Positions 1 through 11,180 are shown, numbered from the stretch's first letter. The stretch is 64,000 bases of DNA from a bacterium (GCA_031362565.1 JANLSU010000070.1:47608-111607); one strand, 5' to 3'. Numbers and translations: made by a program. Notes: generated by a model from the letters alone, not told the origin.

Positions 1-2
1 AC

Positions 3-176
3 GCCGGCACCGCTTGGAACTCGGATCAGGCGCATTGGCGCGACACCGATGTCCTGCAAGCGATCGGTTTTGGCTTCAAGAGTTCGGACGACGATTTCCA
101 GGTCAACATGGCCAAGCCGATTGGCCAGTCGAAGGGTGCGATCGAGACGACGGTGCGGTTGAACAGAACGTTCTGA
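3..176 (+). CDS. 3' end of an Omp85/BamA-TamA-type outer-membrane beta-barrel protein (partial, starts before window)
   Basis: Manual translation of frame 3 (not in ORF track): AGTAWNSDQAHWRDTDVLQAIGFGFKSSDDDFQVNMAKPIGQSKGAIETTVRLNRTF*; AGxAW...GFG pattern and terminal Phe typical of Omp85 last strands. Confidence 0.6.
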   Translation, partial: AGTAWNSDQAHWRDTDVLQAIGFGFKSSDDDFQVNMAKPIGQSKGAIETTVRLNRTF

Positions 177-409
177 CGCCGCGCCATCAGAAGAGAACGC
201 TGCGGGGGGCCGGTTGGAGAAGGACGAGCCCTCGGGCCGGGCGCGTCATGTGCTGGCCTCCCCTGGCGACACGCGCCCGCCGGCAATGCCGGCGGGCGTG
301 TTGCTTTCAGGCGCTGGATTGGGCGTGCATCGGCGCCGACGATCCCCGTGCTAGACTGCCACCTTCGTGACGTGAGTCTTGAAAACACGGACACGGCGCG
401 AAGGGCAGC

Positions 410-1117
410 TTGGTGAAGGCTCCGGCGTTTCTGACCGCGCTGATGATTCTTGGCGCTGCGGTCTGCACGGCGAATGCGACGCAGGTGCGCATCGAGCGCA
501 TCGGCGCGACCTCGCAGAGCTACGTGTTCGTCGATTACAGCGTCGACAACCCCTTCGAAGACAAAACGCTCGAGGCGATCCGCTCGGGCCTCCCGAGCAC
601 CCTCACTTACACCATCGAAGTTTGGCGCCAACGGCCCGGCTGGTGGGACAAGCTCGAGGAAGCGCGCGAGTTCCAGTTCCGGGTGCTGCGCGACCTGCTG
701 AACGATCAATACGTGCTGGCTTCACGCGAAGATGTGCGGCGCTTCCCGGGCCTCGATTCGCTGTCGGTCGTCGCCTGCGCGCACCGGCGTGAGTACCTGC
801 GGCCGCTGGCGCCGGACAAACCGTACTACGTGGTGGTGAGCGTCAACTTGGCACCGCTGTCGATCGACGACCTGCGTGAACTCGAGACCTGGCTGCAAGG
901 CACGATCCGCACCGGCGAGGGCGAACGCGGCGGCATCACCGGGCTCTCCGGCACGATGGTCGGCATGCTGTTATCGGCGACGGGATTCGGCGATCAAACG
1001 GTTCGCCGCCGTTCGGTGACCTTCGTACCCCAGGAGTTGCCGCGCGTCCAAGGCGTCGAACCGCGGGCGATCGCCGGCAGCGGCCGCGACAGTTCGGGGA
1101 CGCGCCACGCTCCTTGA
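410..1117 (+). CDS. DUF4390-like exported protein
   Basis: Signal peptide; 'LEAIRSGLPSTLTYTIEVWRQRPGWWD...DLLNDQY' resembles DUF4390. Confidence 0.65.
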   Translation: MVKAPAFLTALMILGAAVCTANATQVRIERIGATSQSYVFVDYSVDNPFEDKTLEAIRSGLPSTLTYTIEVWRQRPGWWDKLEEAREFQFRVLRDLLNDQYVLASREDVRRFPGLDSLSVVACAHRREYLRPLAPDKPYYVVVSVNLAPLSIDDLRELETWLQGTIRTGEGERGGITGLSGTMVGMLLSATGFGDQTVRRRSVTFVPQELPRVQGVEPRAIAGSGRDSSGTRHAP

Positions 1118-1139
1118 CACCCGCCAGGCGGGCGCGCGT

Positions 1140-1760
1140 TCAGGTGAGCGCGGCGGCGGCGGCGGGGAAATTCGCGGCGAGCCGCTGGCGCACCGCGGCG
1201 CGCAGATCACGGCTCACCGCCGCTGCGGCCTGCGCCCCGTCCACGACCGCCCACCCGTCACGGGTCGCGAGGCGCGTGTAGTGGGAGCGTGCTTCTTCGA
1301 GCAACCGCATGTCGCGTTCGTAGTCGTCGCGGCCGCTGGCCTTGCGGCGGTAGGACTCCGCCGGCTGGATATCCACGAGAATGGTGAGGTCGGCGCCGAG
1401 CAGGCCCCTCTCGAGGCCACGAAGCCACGTTTCGTCCAGGCCCTGTGACAATCCATAGACCACGTTCGAAGCCGTATAGCGGTCGACGCAGACAAGCGCG
1501 TTCGCCTCACACAGATGGCGCAGCTCGGTATCTTTTTCCCAACGATTGGCGGCGAACAACATGGCACGCGTGCGGGCGTCGCTGGCAATGCCATCGCTCA
1601 GCAAGGAGCGGATGAGACGGCCGATCGGCGTTTCGTAGTCCGGATAGTGGCGCACTTCGGACCGCAGACCGCCGGCCGCGAGCGCTGACTGCAGCGATCG
1701 CGCTTGGGTTTCCTTGCCCGCTTGATCGATCCCCTCGAGCACAACGAGTGCGCCGCGCAT
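1140..1760 (-). CDS. tmk: thymidylate (dTMP) kinase
   Basis: VVLEGIDQAGKETQ P-loop, LFAANR, DRYxxSxxVYG; start moved to ATG at 1760. Confidence 0.92.
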   Translation of the reverse strand: MRGALVVLEGIDQAGKETQARSLQSALAAGGLRSEVRHYPDYETPIGRLIRSLLSDGIASDARTRAMLFAANRWEKDTELRHLCEANALVCVDRYTASNVVYGLSQGLDETWLRGLERGLLGADLTILVDIQPAESYRRKASGRDDYERDMRLLEEARSHYTRLATRDGWAVVDGAQAAAAVSRDLRAAVRQRLAANFPAAAAALT

Positions 1761-1866
1761 ACGGTGCGTCCATCCGGTGTGAGTTACGAGCGTGCGGGAC
1801 CGCAGCAGAACTGCGGCCGGCGACACCCTAACACCGGGCAACGGGTCGCGTCCAGGGGAGGCGCAT

Positions 1867-2901
1867 TCAGCGCACAAGAAGCATTTTGGCGGAGAATGTC
1901 CGGTTGGCGTAGTCGAGCCGCGCGAAATAAACCCCGCTCGCGACCGGCGTACCGGTCTCGGCGCGGCCGTCCCACGCCAACCGCAGCAGGCGCGATCCGG
2001 GGGTCTGCGCGTACAGGTGGCGGACTTCGCGGCCCTGCGCATCGAAAACCCGAACGGTCGCCGGCAGCGCCGGCGCCGCCTCGAAGTCGACGCGAATCTC
2101 GGTCGAGGGGTTGAACGGATTCGGCGCCGCCGTCAGGCGCGCCACGACTCCGGTGGCGCGCATTTCGCAGAGCCCGCGGACGAAGGCTTCGAGTCCCTCG
2201 ACATCGCCCGGCAGGGCAAGGTCCTCGTTCTCGATGCTGCCGCTGTAGTTGGCGCGCGTACCGCCGAACAGATAGCGGAAGTCTTCGGCAAAGATCTCGT
2301 GCGGACGGTTCTTGTGCACGCCGGCCGCCGCGTAGGTGCGAGTGTCGGCGATCCCGCGGCGGGTCGCATAGTCGTGCCATAGCGGCGCATCGCGATCCGA
2401 CATCCAGCGATACTGATACACGTGTCCGACTTCGTGGGTGATGGTGAAGTGCACCGCGTAGTCGCTCACCTCGCGCACGCCGGGCGACAGGAAGACCATG
2501 CCTTCGCGGGCGGAACTGTCGAGGATGCTGCGGCGCGGATAGGGCAGAACGAAGACCTCGACTTGCAGATCGGCGTTGGTAAGACGGATGGCGCCGATCG
2601 CGGCCGCCACAGCCTCCACCGACATCGGATGGAAGGCGCCGTCACCGTGGTTCGGGAGGACCGGGTCGCCGGCACTCGTCACCAGGTCGTACTGCAGGCC
2701 GGAATCGACCACGAGCCGCGCCGCGCTGCCGTTGCGGACGATGCTGGACGCCAACAGATCCTCGGGCCGGTGGATCGTGGCGTCGATGCCGTTGTCGAAA
2801 TGCACATGGAGCGGCGCTGCTCCCGCACGCGGCGCCAGGCCGCAAGCGAGGAACACCAAAGCCAATCGGCGAGCGCACGCGCCAAGCGAAGAAAAGTGCA
2901 T
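1867..2901 (-). CDS. secreted zinc metallopeptidase-like protein with FlgD-Ig/T9SS-like C-terminal domain
   Basis: Signal peptide; HEVGH plus downstream EIFAEDF; CTD PNPFNPST...DAQGREVR...WDGR...SGVYFARL...KMLLVR. Confidence 0.75.
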   Translation of the reverse strand: MHFSSLGACARRLALVFLACGLAPRAGAAPLHVHFDNGIDATIHRPEDLLASSIVRNGSAARLVVDSGLQYDLVTSAGDPVLPNHGDGAFHPMSVEAVAAAIGAIRLTNADLQVEVFVLPYPRRSILDSSAREGMVFLSPGVREVSDYAVHFTITHEVGHVYQYRWMSDRDAPLWHDYATRRGIADTRTYAAAGVHKNRPHEIFAEDFRYLFGGTRANYSGSIENEDLALPGDVEGLEAFVRGLCEMRATGVVARLTAAPNPFNPSTEIRVDFEAAPALPATVRVFDAQGREVRHLYAQTPGSRLLRLAWDGRAETGTPVASGVYFARLDYANRTFSAKMLLVR

Positions 2902-3032
2902 GGGATTTTTCGCGACGAATCGAACCAGGCGCCACGGCAGCCGCGGGTGACGCGGGGCGGAGCGGCCTCAGAAGCAGCAGTCGGGCGGATTTAGTGGCGG
3001 CCGGGAGAGCCACCGGAGACAAAGACGTCTTC

Positions 3033-3048
3033 CGCAAGCGACATGCCT
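3033..3048 (-). promoter_or_regulatory. candidate sigma-54 (-24/-12) promoter for 1867..2901
   Basis: Minus strand aGGCATGtcgcTTGCg fits TGGCACG-N4-TTGC with GG-N10-GC spacing. Confidence 0.5.
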
Positions 3049-3226
3049 TCCATACAGGCCGGTTGGGACCCTTTTCGGGCCCCGGCCCTGCACTGGAACT
3101 GACTTTATACCAATAGCTTGCGTGGATTGGCCTGGGGCGCGATCAAACTCGGTGGGCCGGGGCCCCCGTGAAAGGGCGCCTTTTGACGCAGCCGCCCTTG
3201 GATTCGGCGCGGCGAACGCCCCATCT

Positions 3227-4372
3227 TTAGCCGCCGGCGACGGTGGGTACCGCGGCCACGGCCTCGGGCCGGCCGCTCCAGCGCCACAGCACGAGGGCCC
3301 CAAGCCCACCGGCCACGGCAGCAACCTCGACCGCGATGTCGGCGGCCTCGAAGCCCACCGCCCAGCGGCCTTCGGGTGACAGGATGCGCAGCAGGTCGCC
3401 GCAAAGTTCGGGAATGCGCAGGCACACGAGGCCCAGCACGACGCTCGACCACACCGCGCGGCGCGAGCCGGTCGCCGGCCGCGCCTGGCGCAGCCAGCGC
3501 GCCGCGCGCACGCCGACGAGCGCCGCACCGACTTGCATCGCGACCACGACGGTCAGCAACGCCGCAATCAGCAGCAAGAGCGCGACGGGCACGCCGACCA
3601 GAGTCAGTGCGAACAGAAAGGCGACGACGATCGTCGTGAACACGCCGCCGGGCAACGTCAGCAAGCCGAGCCCGATACAGGTGAAGGGGGTAGCGTCGAA
3701 CGTCGCCCGCGCGTCGTCGAGCCGCGAGGCCAAGAGGGCGCACACCGGCACCGCGAGCAGAATGAGCAGCGCGAGTTTGATGCAATCGGACAGAAGTTCA
3801 CCGACCTGGCGGGCCCGCGGCGACGCGAAACGCTGCAGAAACGGGGTCGAAAATACACTCAGACTGACCACGCCACCGCGCACCTCGGAGCCCGGAGCGC
3901 TGTTGGCACGGCCGGCCACGGCCACCGCACCACCGTGAATGTGCGCTGTCGGCCCGACATCGATGTCGCCACCCAACACCACCGCGCCGCCCAGGATCTC
4001 ACCGTCGACCCGCAGGTTTCCGCCCACAAGCACCACGTCGCCACGGACGATTTCGTCGGCGTTCACATGGACGTTCTGCCCGACGCGCACGAGCTCATAG
4101 GCAGCGGTCTTGCGATGTGGCAGCGCATCGGGGCGCCCGGCGCCGGTCGCGCCACGGCGCGATCCAGTCTCGGATGCGGGTGCAAGAGAAGTGTCGGGAG
4201 GCCCCGTCGCCGTCTGCACCGAGTCGATGCCCGCTGCAACCGGCGGTTTGGAGGCCGGCTTGTTCGGGCGCGGCTTGTTCTCGTCGAACGCGACGGCCCG
4301 GCGTGCAACGAGGCATGCCACGAGTACGACGGCTACGAGCACCGCACGTCCGACGCCAGACCGTCGCTGCAC
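3227..4372 (-). CDS. membrane protein with bactofilin-like (polymer-forming) beta-helix and multi-TM C-terminus
   Basis: Signal-like N-terminus, repeats VRGDVVLVGGNLRVDGEILGGAVVLGGDIDV...IHGGAVAVAG, then several hydrophobic helices; start uncertain (GTG 4372; ORF open to 4522). Confidence 0.7.
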   Translation of the reverse strand: MQRRSGVGRAVLVAVVLVACLVARRAVAFDENKPRPNKPASKPPVAAGIDSVQTATGPPDTSLAPASETGSRRGATGAGRPDALPHRKTAAYELVRVGQNVHVNADEIVRGDVVLVGGNLRVDGEILGGAVVLGGDIDVGPTAHIHGGAVAVAGRANSAPGSEVRGGVVSLSVFSTPFLQRFASPRARQVGELLSDCIKLALLILLAVPVCALLASRLDDARATFDATPFTCIGLGLLTLPGGVFTTIVVAFLFALTLVGVPVALLLLIAALLTVVVAMQVGAALVGVRAARWLRQARPATGSRRAVWSSVVLGLVCLRIPELCGDLLRILSPEGRWAVGFEAADIAVEVAAVAGGLGALVLWRWSGRPEAVAAVPTVAGG

Positions 4373-4496
4373 GATTTCGCCCCCGGATCTCGAGACAGAA
4401 TCCCAACGCGATGGCCGCGTCGGCGCGGCGCCCGCTTCCCCGATCGAGAATACGCCGGGATGGGGGGCGGGTTGCGCCACAAAAGGTCCGAGTCGG

Positions 4497-5078
4497 CTAC
4501 GAGTCGACCCCGAACGACTCACCCTGCAGCATTTCCTTCAGCCCTTCCCGCGCCCGGTGGATCCGTGCCTTCACCGTGCCGAGCGGTATGTCGAGCGCCT
4601 GGGCGATCTCCTCGTAGGTAAGCTGTTGTTGGTGGCGCATCAAGAGAATGACGCGATAGTGCTCCGGCAGTTTGTCGATGGCGGCGCGAATCCGCGCGTT
4701 GACTTCGTTGCGTTCCGAGGCTTCGTCCGGACGCTGGCCCGGGTCTTCGAGTTGGCGGGCAATCGGTCCTTCGTCACCGTCGACCGGCTCGTCGATGGAG
4801 TACATCTTCATGCGTTGCTTGCGGATGTGGTCGATGCACAGGTTGGCGGTGATCTTGTACAGCCAGCTCGAGAAGGCGTACACGGGGTTGTAGCGGTCGA
4901 GGCCCTTGAACGTCTTGACGAAGGCTTCCTGCGATAGGTCGCGCGCCTCTTCGGGGTTGCGCACCATTTTACGGCACAAGTTGTAGACGGAATTCTGGTA
5001 CTTGCGCATGAGCAGGGTGTACGCCATCTGATCGCCGTTTTTGCAGCGTTCGATCAGCAGCAAGTCTTCCTGCTTCAC
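4497..5078 (-). CDS. ECF RNA polymerase sigma factor (RpoE/SigW-like)
   Basis: EEARDLSQEAFVK, FSSWLYKITANLCIDHIRK, YEEIAQALDIPLGTVKARIHRAR. Confidence 0.93.
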   Translation of the reverse strand: MKQEDLLLIERCKNGDQMAYTLLMRKYQNSVYNLCRKMVRNPEEARDLSQEAFVKTFKGLDRYNPVYAFSSWLYKITANLCIDHIRKQRMKMYSIDEPVDGDEGPIARQLEDPGQRPDEASERNEVNARIRAAIDKLPEHYRVILLMRHQQQLTYEEIAQALDIPLGTVKARIHRAREGLKEMLQGESFGVDS

Positions 5079-5162
5079 CCGGCGTTCCCTTGCGTGCGAG
5101 CAAACCCGCAGGCCGGGACGAGGCATGCGGGCACGATCTTGGGCGCGGCGAGCACTTCGACC

Positions 5163-5543
5163 CTAGCGAACGGGCCCATGTCCGGCAAGGGGCCGCGGTC
5201 GCGATGCGGTTGGGGACGGCGGCGCACGGTGACTGTCGGAGCTCGGGTCCTCGTGGGTCGTGCCCCACCGCGCGGCGACGGCGGCGACCAGGCCACGCAG
5301 GGCGAGTTGCAGGGGTCCGATGGCGATCGCCGCCAGCCGTTTCTTGCCCGATTGCCACATCGGACGGGCGAAGAAGCGCCCGGCCACGGCGCCGGCGAGA
5401 ACGCCCGCCACCAGCCACGGGGCCGGATTCCGTCGCACCCGCCGCGCCAGCTCATGGTGCGACACCAGACCATCGACCGCACCAATCACACTCTGTCGAC
5501 GGGCGCGGATGGCGTTGACGAGTTCGTCGGCTTGTCGCGACAC
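5163..5543 (-). CDS. small membrane-associated protein (YqjK/DUF3618-like position)
   Basis: GGGAGG RBS before GTG; helical N-terminus, 'RRNPAPWLVAGVLAGAVAG' TM; third gene of a YqjD/E/K-like trio. Confidence 0.55.
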   Translation of the reverse strand: MSRQADELVNAIRARRQSVIGAVDGLVSHHELARRVRRNPAPWLVAGVLAGAVAGRFFARPMWQSGKKRLAAIAIGPLQLALRGLVAAVAARWGTTHEDPSSDSHRAPPSPTASRPRPLAGHGPVR

Positions 5544-5896
5544 GTAATCGCCTCCCACAGCATGGCACGGGTGCGCGGCAACAAGATGGCGCCCGCTCCC
5601 CGCATGAAGCGCCAACCGGCCCACCATGCCGCCGCCGCAATCAGGAGGTACACACCGGCCACGATCGCCGCAGCGCCGGCCGGCGGAACCGAGCCCGCCA
5701 GCCAGAGAAAAAGCGCCACGCCGGCAGCCACCAGAACGAGGCTGCCGGTCGTGACGCCGAATGCGAGCAGAAACAAGGAGGAGAGCAGCCGCTTCGAGCC
5801 CTCGGTCGCCTCGACGCGCGCCAGTAAGGCATGGAGTCGGGCATACTCACGCACTTCGGATCCGACTGCGCGCACGTGTTCGTCGATGAGCGGCAC
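5486..5896 (-). CDS. YqjE-like ('phage holin' superfamily) membrane protein
   Basis: EYARLHALLARVEATE followed by two TMs and LPRTRAML; RBS GGGAGGG. Confidence 0.65.
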   Translation of the reverse strand: MPLIDEHVRAVGSEVREYARLHALLARVEATEGSKRLLSSLFLLAFGVTTGSLVLVAAGVALFLWLAGSVPPAGAAAIVAGVYLLIAAAAWWAGWRFMRGAGAILLPRTRAMLWEAITCRDKPTNSSTPSAPVDRV

Positions 5897-5919
5897 CGGC
5901 CCTCCCCTACGCGCTTGGT

Positions 5920-6153
5920 TCAGCGGCGGCGGAGCCGCGCCCCAGCCAGGAGCCCAACCGCCGCTCCGATACCAAGGGCATAGAGCAACGTCCGCACGGG
6001 ATGCTGCTCGACCTCGTGCGCGACGCGCTCATGGCCGTTGTTCACACCGTCGCGAACGCGATGCTTCGCGGTTTCGATCGTGCTTTGAAGGCGCGCACCC
6101 GCGGTGCGATGCGGCGTTTCGGTTGTCCCAAACGTTTCTGGCGTTGTTTCCAT
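5920..6153 (-). CDS. DUF883/ElaB/YqjD-like tail-anchored protein
   Basis: C-terminal VEQHPVRTLLYALGIGAAVGLLAGARLRRR signature. Confidence 0.7.
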   Translation of the reverse strand: METTPETFGTTETPHRTAGARLQSTIETAKHRVRDGVNNGHERVAHEVEQHPVRTLLYALGIGAAVGLLAGARLRRR

Positions 6154-6172
6154 GACCTTTTCACTCCTCTGA

Positions 6173-7690
<1,518 letters not shown>

Positions 7691-7839
7691 TCGCGGCGGG
7701 CGAACGGCTCCGGCACAGCGGATCGTCGCGCCACCCATGCCCAGAGCCACGGTGCCGCGCGTTGACACTCGAACGCGGCAGGCGGTAGCGTGCCGTTCGG
7801 GACGCGGTTCCGGTTCGGGATCGCTGGGAGGGTGCGGGG

Positions 7840-8376
7840 ATGCAGACGACCGACGACGTGACGTTGCCGGGACGCTCACGCCTGGTCGAAATGGCGCGCG
7901 CGGTCACCCCGCCACGCTTCCTTCGCCTCTATGAAGAACGGGCCACGTTCCGGCGCCGCGTGCAACGCGCCGTGACCTGGTCGTTCGTGCCGGTGCTCGT
8001 GTGGGCCTTCGTGTTCGCGGACGGCGGGCTCTTCTCCATCGTCGCGCGGCGCGTGCACCTCTGGCAGTTGGAGCGCCAGGTCGTGCGTCTGGAAGCACGC
8101 CAGGCCGTCCTCCTGCAAGCCATCGAACATCGCGAATCGGACCCCGTCGTACTCGAACGGCTGGCGCGCGAGCGATACGGAATGGCGCTCCCCGGCGAGA
8201 CGGTCTATCGGATCGTCGAGATCACACCCGAGAAGGGCCGCGCGATTGCGCGCGAGCAGCGTAAGCTGGCGAAGGCGGCGGGTGCGGCCGAGGCGGCGGA
8301 CAAAGCCCCAGTCACCAAAAAGCGTGAGGCGCGCCACCACGGTGACGCGCCACCTCCCACGCTCCGACGACGGTGA
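7840..8376 (+). CDS. ftsB: septum formation initiator FtsB/DivIC
   Basis: TM + coiled coil + LERLARERYGMALPGE; follows eno as is usual; start could be ATG 7891. Confidence 0.8.
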   Translation: MQTTDDVTLPGRSRLVEMARAVTPPRFLRLYEERATFRRRVQRAVTWSFVPVLVWAFVFADGGLFSIVARRVHLWQLERQVVRLEARQAVLLQAIEHRESDPVVLERLARERYGMALPGETVYRIVEITPEKGRAIAREQRKLAKAAGAAEAADKAPVTKKREARHHGDAPPPTLRRR

Positions 8377-8393
8377 AACTCTGCGGGCCGCGA

Positions 8394-8744
8394 TCAGACA
8401 CTGCGGCCGCGAATCAATGCGAGCAGACGGAACCAGGCCGACCCGATGGTCGAGTTCGTGGCGTCCGTGGCGCCTGCCGACCACGTGGGCGGAATGCGCG
8501 GCCCGGGAGGACCTTTGGGCAGCGTCGGCAGCGGAATCACGTCGCCGCCACGGTTGCTTGGCGCCGGCGCCTGCACGCTCCCCAGCGGCGCACTGGGAAT
8601 CTCCAGGCTCGGCGAGCGACGTTGATCGAGCGATCCCTCCTCGCCTTGGGCAACGGACGCGAACCCTCCCAGCACCACGAGTGCGAGGGCCAAAGTCATC
8701 GTCCAGCGAGTGATCGGGCTTGCGGTGCGGTGTTCGCGCAACAT
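8394..8744 (-). CDS. small secreted Pro-rich hypothetical protein
   Basis: RBS-like GAGAGG, signal peptide ending VAQG, Pro-rich body, amphipathic tail SAWFRLLALIRGRSV. Confidence 0.45.
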   Translation of the reverse strand: MLREHRTASPITRWTMTLALALVVLGGFASVAQGEEGSLDQRRSPSLEIPSAPLGSVQAPAPSNRGGDVIPLPTLPKGPPGPRIPPTWSAGATDATNSTIGSAWFRLLALIRGRSV

Positions 8745-9110
8745 CTCTCTCACCTCTCTCGTCGACATCGTCGACGTGCGTCGGGTTTGTCTCTGGGCTC
8801 CGGGCGTCGGGGGGCGGCTGACCGGGCCCGGGGGGTGTGGGCCCCGGTCGCCACCTTCCGTCTCGCATCCCGCCGGTGTCCTGGCCGGCGGTAAGCCTCG
8901 TGATGAAGTGTTAAAGCAGGTGCCGGGCCGCTCCGGCATGTGCCCGCAATCAACTGCAATAAATGAGATTAACTTTTGAATCCCGGCGGAGACCGCGGCC
9001 CGCCTCTGCAAGGATTGCGGGTGACGCGCAGGAGCTGCACATGAAAACGCCCGCCGGGGCATGGGCCGGCGGGCGAGCGCGCTCCAACAAAGACTTCGGG
9101 GGTCACCGCG

Positions 9111-10394
9111 TCATTGGGAGGAGCGCTGCGTGAGGTGCGTTTTCGTAATCGTGACTTCGTCGACGGGTTGGTCGCCGTCGCTCGTCCGGGTGCGGATCGA
9201 GCAGCGCCCACCATCGACATCGACCAGGGTCCAAAGCACCGTTTCATCGCGAAAGAATGCCGTCGGGCCGCAGCGGCGCGTCGGTTGCCCGGACTTCACC
9301 TTGGACCCGGCACCGCTCACGATGTAGATCGTGCCCTTCGGGTCGACATAGTTCGGGTCCTCCGACGTATCGACCGGTTTGCCGTCGCGAATCGGATACA
9401 GCCGTTCGTACGTGTGGGCGTGGCCGTTGAAGACCACATCGACGTTGTAGCGATCGAACACCGGCAGCAGCCGTTCCACTACCTTGGCGGTATCGCCTTT
9501 GTAGGTGCAGGTCAGGCCGGGGTGGTGGAAGTAGACGAACGTCCAGTCGGCGCCGCGATGCGACTGCAAATCCTCTTCGAGCCAGCGGACTTGGTTGTCG
9601 ACGTCGTAGATTTCCGAATCGCGCGTGTCGAGCGCGATGAAGTGTGCCGTGCCCCAGTCGTAGGAATAGTAGTGCTCGTTGTTGGGCAGGTACCACTCGC
9701 TGCGGAAGTTCTCGTTCGGGTCCACATGCCAATCGTGGTTGCCGAGCGCCGGCCAGACCGGGATCCGGCACAGAAGGCCCTTCCACGGCAGCATCAGATT
9801 GACGTCATAGTCTTCGGAACGCCCATCGTCGTAGACGACGTCGCCGCAAATGAGTCCCAGCTCGGGGTGCGGTGTGGCGCGCAGGATCGAGGCAGCGGTC
9901 TTGGCGTGCTCGCCGTCGGGATCCCCGACGTCGCCGGTGACGAAAAAGGTGAACCGGCCGTCTTTGCGCCCGGCGTCCGTTTGAAAGGTGAATTCCGGGC
10001 CTTCGGCCAGGGTGGTTTCACCGGATCGCACCCGGTAAAAATAGGTCGCACCGGGTGCGAGGCCGCGCAGCACCGCCACGCGCCGGGCACCGTCGGACGT
10101 CGCGGTGGCGGTGGCGCCAAAGGACGGGCTCGTGCCGTAGTCGACAGCCGGAACTCCGTCGGCGGTCGCAATCCACGCCACGAGCACCGAGTCGGTCGCG
10201 AGTCCCTGCAGGTACGGCATGCGGAGCACGCCTGCGGGCAACGGCGCGAAGACTTCTTGGGACTGCTTCTTGTTTTTCTTTTTCTTGCGCTTCGGCCTCT
10301 CGTCCTCGTCTTCCTTAGCCGCAAAAGCCACGGTTGTGAGGAGAGAGACCGCGAACGCGGCCAACAAGAAACGTTTCCAGGTGTGGTGCGACAC
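9111..10394 (-). CDS. secreted purple-acid-phosphatase-like metallophosphoesterase with FN3-like N-domain
   Basis: PYLQ, GDVG, GDVVY, LGNHD, FHHP, GHAHTYER motifs. Confidence 0.9.
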   Translation of the reverse strand: MSHHTWKRFLLAAFAVSLLTTVAFAAKEDEDERPKRKKKKNKKQSQEVFAPLPAGVLRMPYLQGLATDSVLVAWIATADGVPAVDYGTSPSFGATATATSDGARRVAVLRGLAPGATYFYRVRSGETTLAEGPEFTFQTDAGRKDGRFTFFVTGDVGDPDGEHAKTAASILRATPHPELGLICGDVVYDDGRSEDYDVNLMLPWKGLLCRIPVWPALGNHDWHVDPNENFRSEWYLPNNEHYYSYDWGTAHFIALDTRDSEIYDVDNQVRWLEEDLQSHRGADWTFVYFHHPGLTCTYKGDTAKVVERLLPVFDRYNVDVVFNGHAHTYERLYPIRDGKPVDTSEDPNYVDPKGTIYIVSGAGSKVKSGQPTRRCGPTAFFRDETVLWTLVDVDGGRCSIRTRTSDGDQPVDEVTITKTHLTQRSSQ

Positions 10395-10726
10395 GCGTGC
10401 TGAACCACCTGTGTTGCGCCCTTGGCGGTGCACCGGCACCGCGCGAGGGCTTTCGACTCCGCCGACGACGGGCGCCTCGTTGGCGCCCGATCCCGTTCGC
10501 GTCGCCGCCTGCTGCCTCTCGGCTCGGCCGCAACCCAACTCGGGGAAGGGGCCTCTGCTCAAGCTGTTGCGACGGCGACGCGTCCGTCAACAAGAAGGTA
10601 GCGCGGGGGGCGTGCGAAGGTGTCACGCGCGAGTCGGAGGTCTGTACCAGGTGTGTAAAAGATGCGCCGGGCAGCCGGGACGTGAGCCGGCGGCGCCGAG
10701 CGCCGCGGTCCGCCCACCGTCCTTGC

Positions 10727-10927
10727 TCAATCGAGCAGGCGGTGCCACCAGCCCCAGATGCGCTTGCGCATGGCCGGCATATCCGGAGCCTCGAGCATCA
10801 CCATGTCTTCGTGCGACCAGCCGCGTGGTAATGCGACCAGAGCGTCAGTGGCGATTTGACGGATCTCGAACCCCAGATAGAAATCGACGACCTGGGGCGG
10901 CGTCTGTGACTTTGCGGCGGCGATCAC
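10727..10927 (-). CDS. small hypothetical protein (~66 aa)
   Basis: GGAGGAGG RBS 5 nt before GTG; VVDFYLGFEIR...AMRKRIWGWWHRLLD looks protein-like. Confidence 0.5.
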   Translation of the reverse strand: MIAAAKSQTPPQVVDFYLGFEIRQIATDALVALPRGWSHEDMVMLEAPDMPAMRKRIWGWWHRLLD

Positions 10928-11180
10928 GGCGTCCTCCTCCAAGGTTCCTGTCTCCCTACCTAGCACCCTTCGCACCCTCAAACGAATACGGTACCGCGCT
11001 TGTTCCCGCAAGTTGCGGCCCGCGCCAAGAAGGGCTAGCGAGAACCCGATTGCGTTCCCCGGATGGTCGTCCGCACGCCAGTACGGACGCCGTCCACACG
11101 TGGCTCGGAGCTGCAAAATGCCATCGTTGTGGGGGGTTGACGCGCTGTCTTGGGTTCCCGTACGTTCGGCTTCGCTTTGT

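Noticed and set aside
1774..1837. Intergenic nested hairpin CCGGTGT...ACACCGG as ncRNA
   Set aside because: Short and GC-rich, no recognisable family motif; more simply a terminator or chance fold
5486..5896. 'Phage holin' gene as prophage evidence
   Set aside because: YqjD/E/K-like chromosomal trio; no phage structural, lysis or integrase genes nearby
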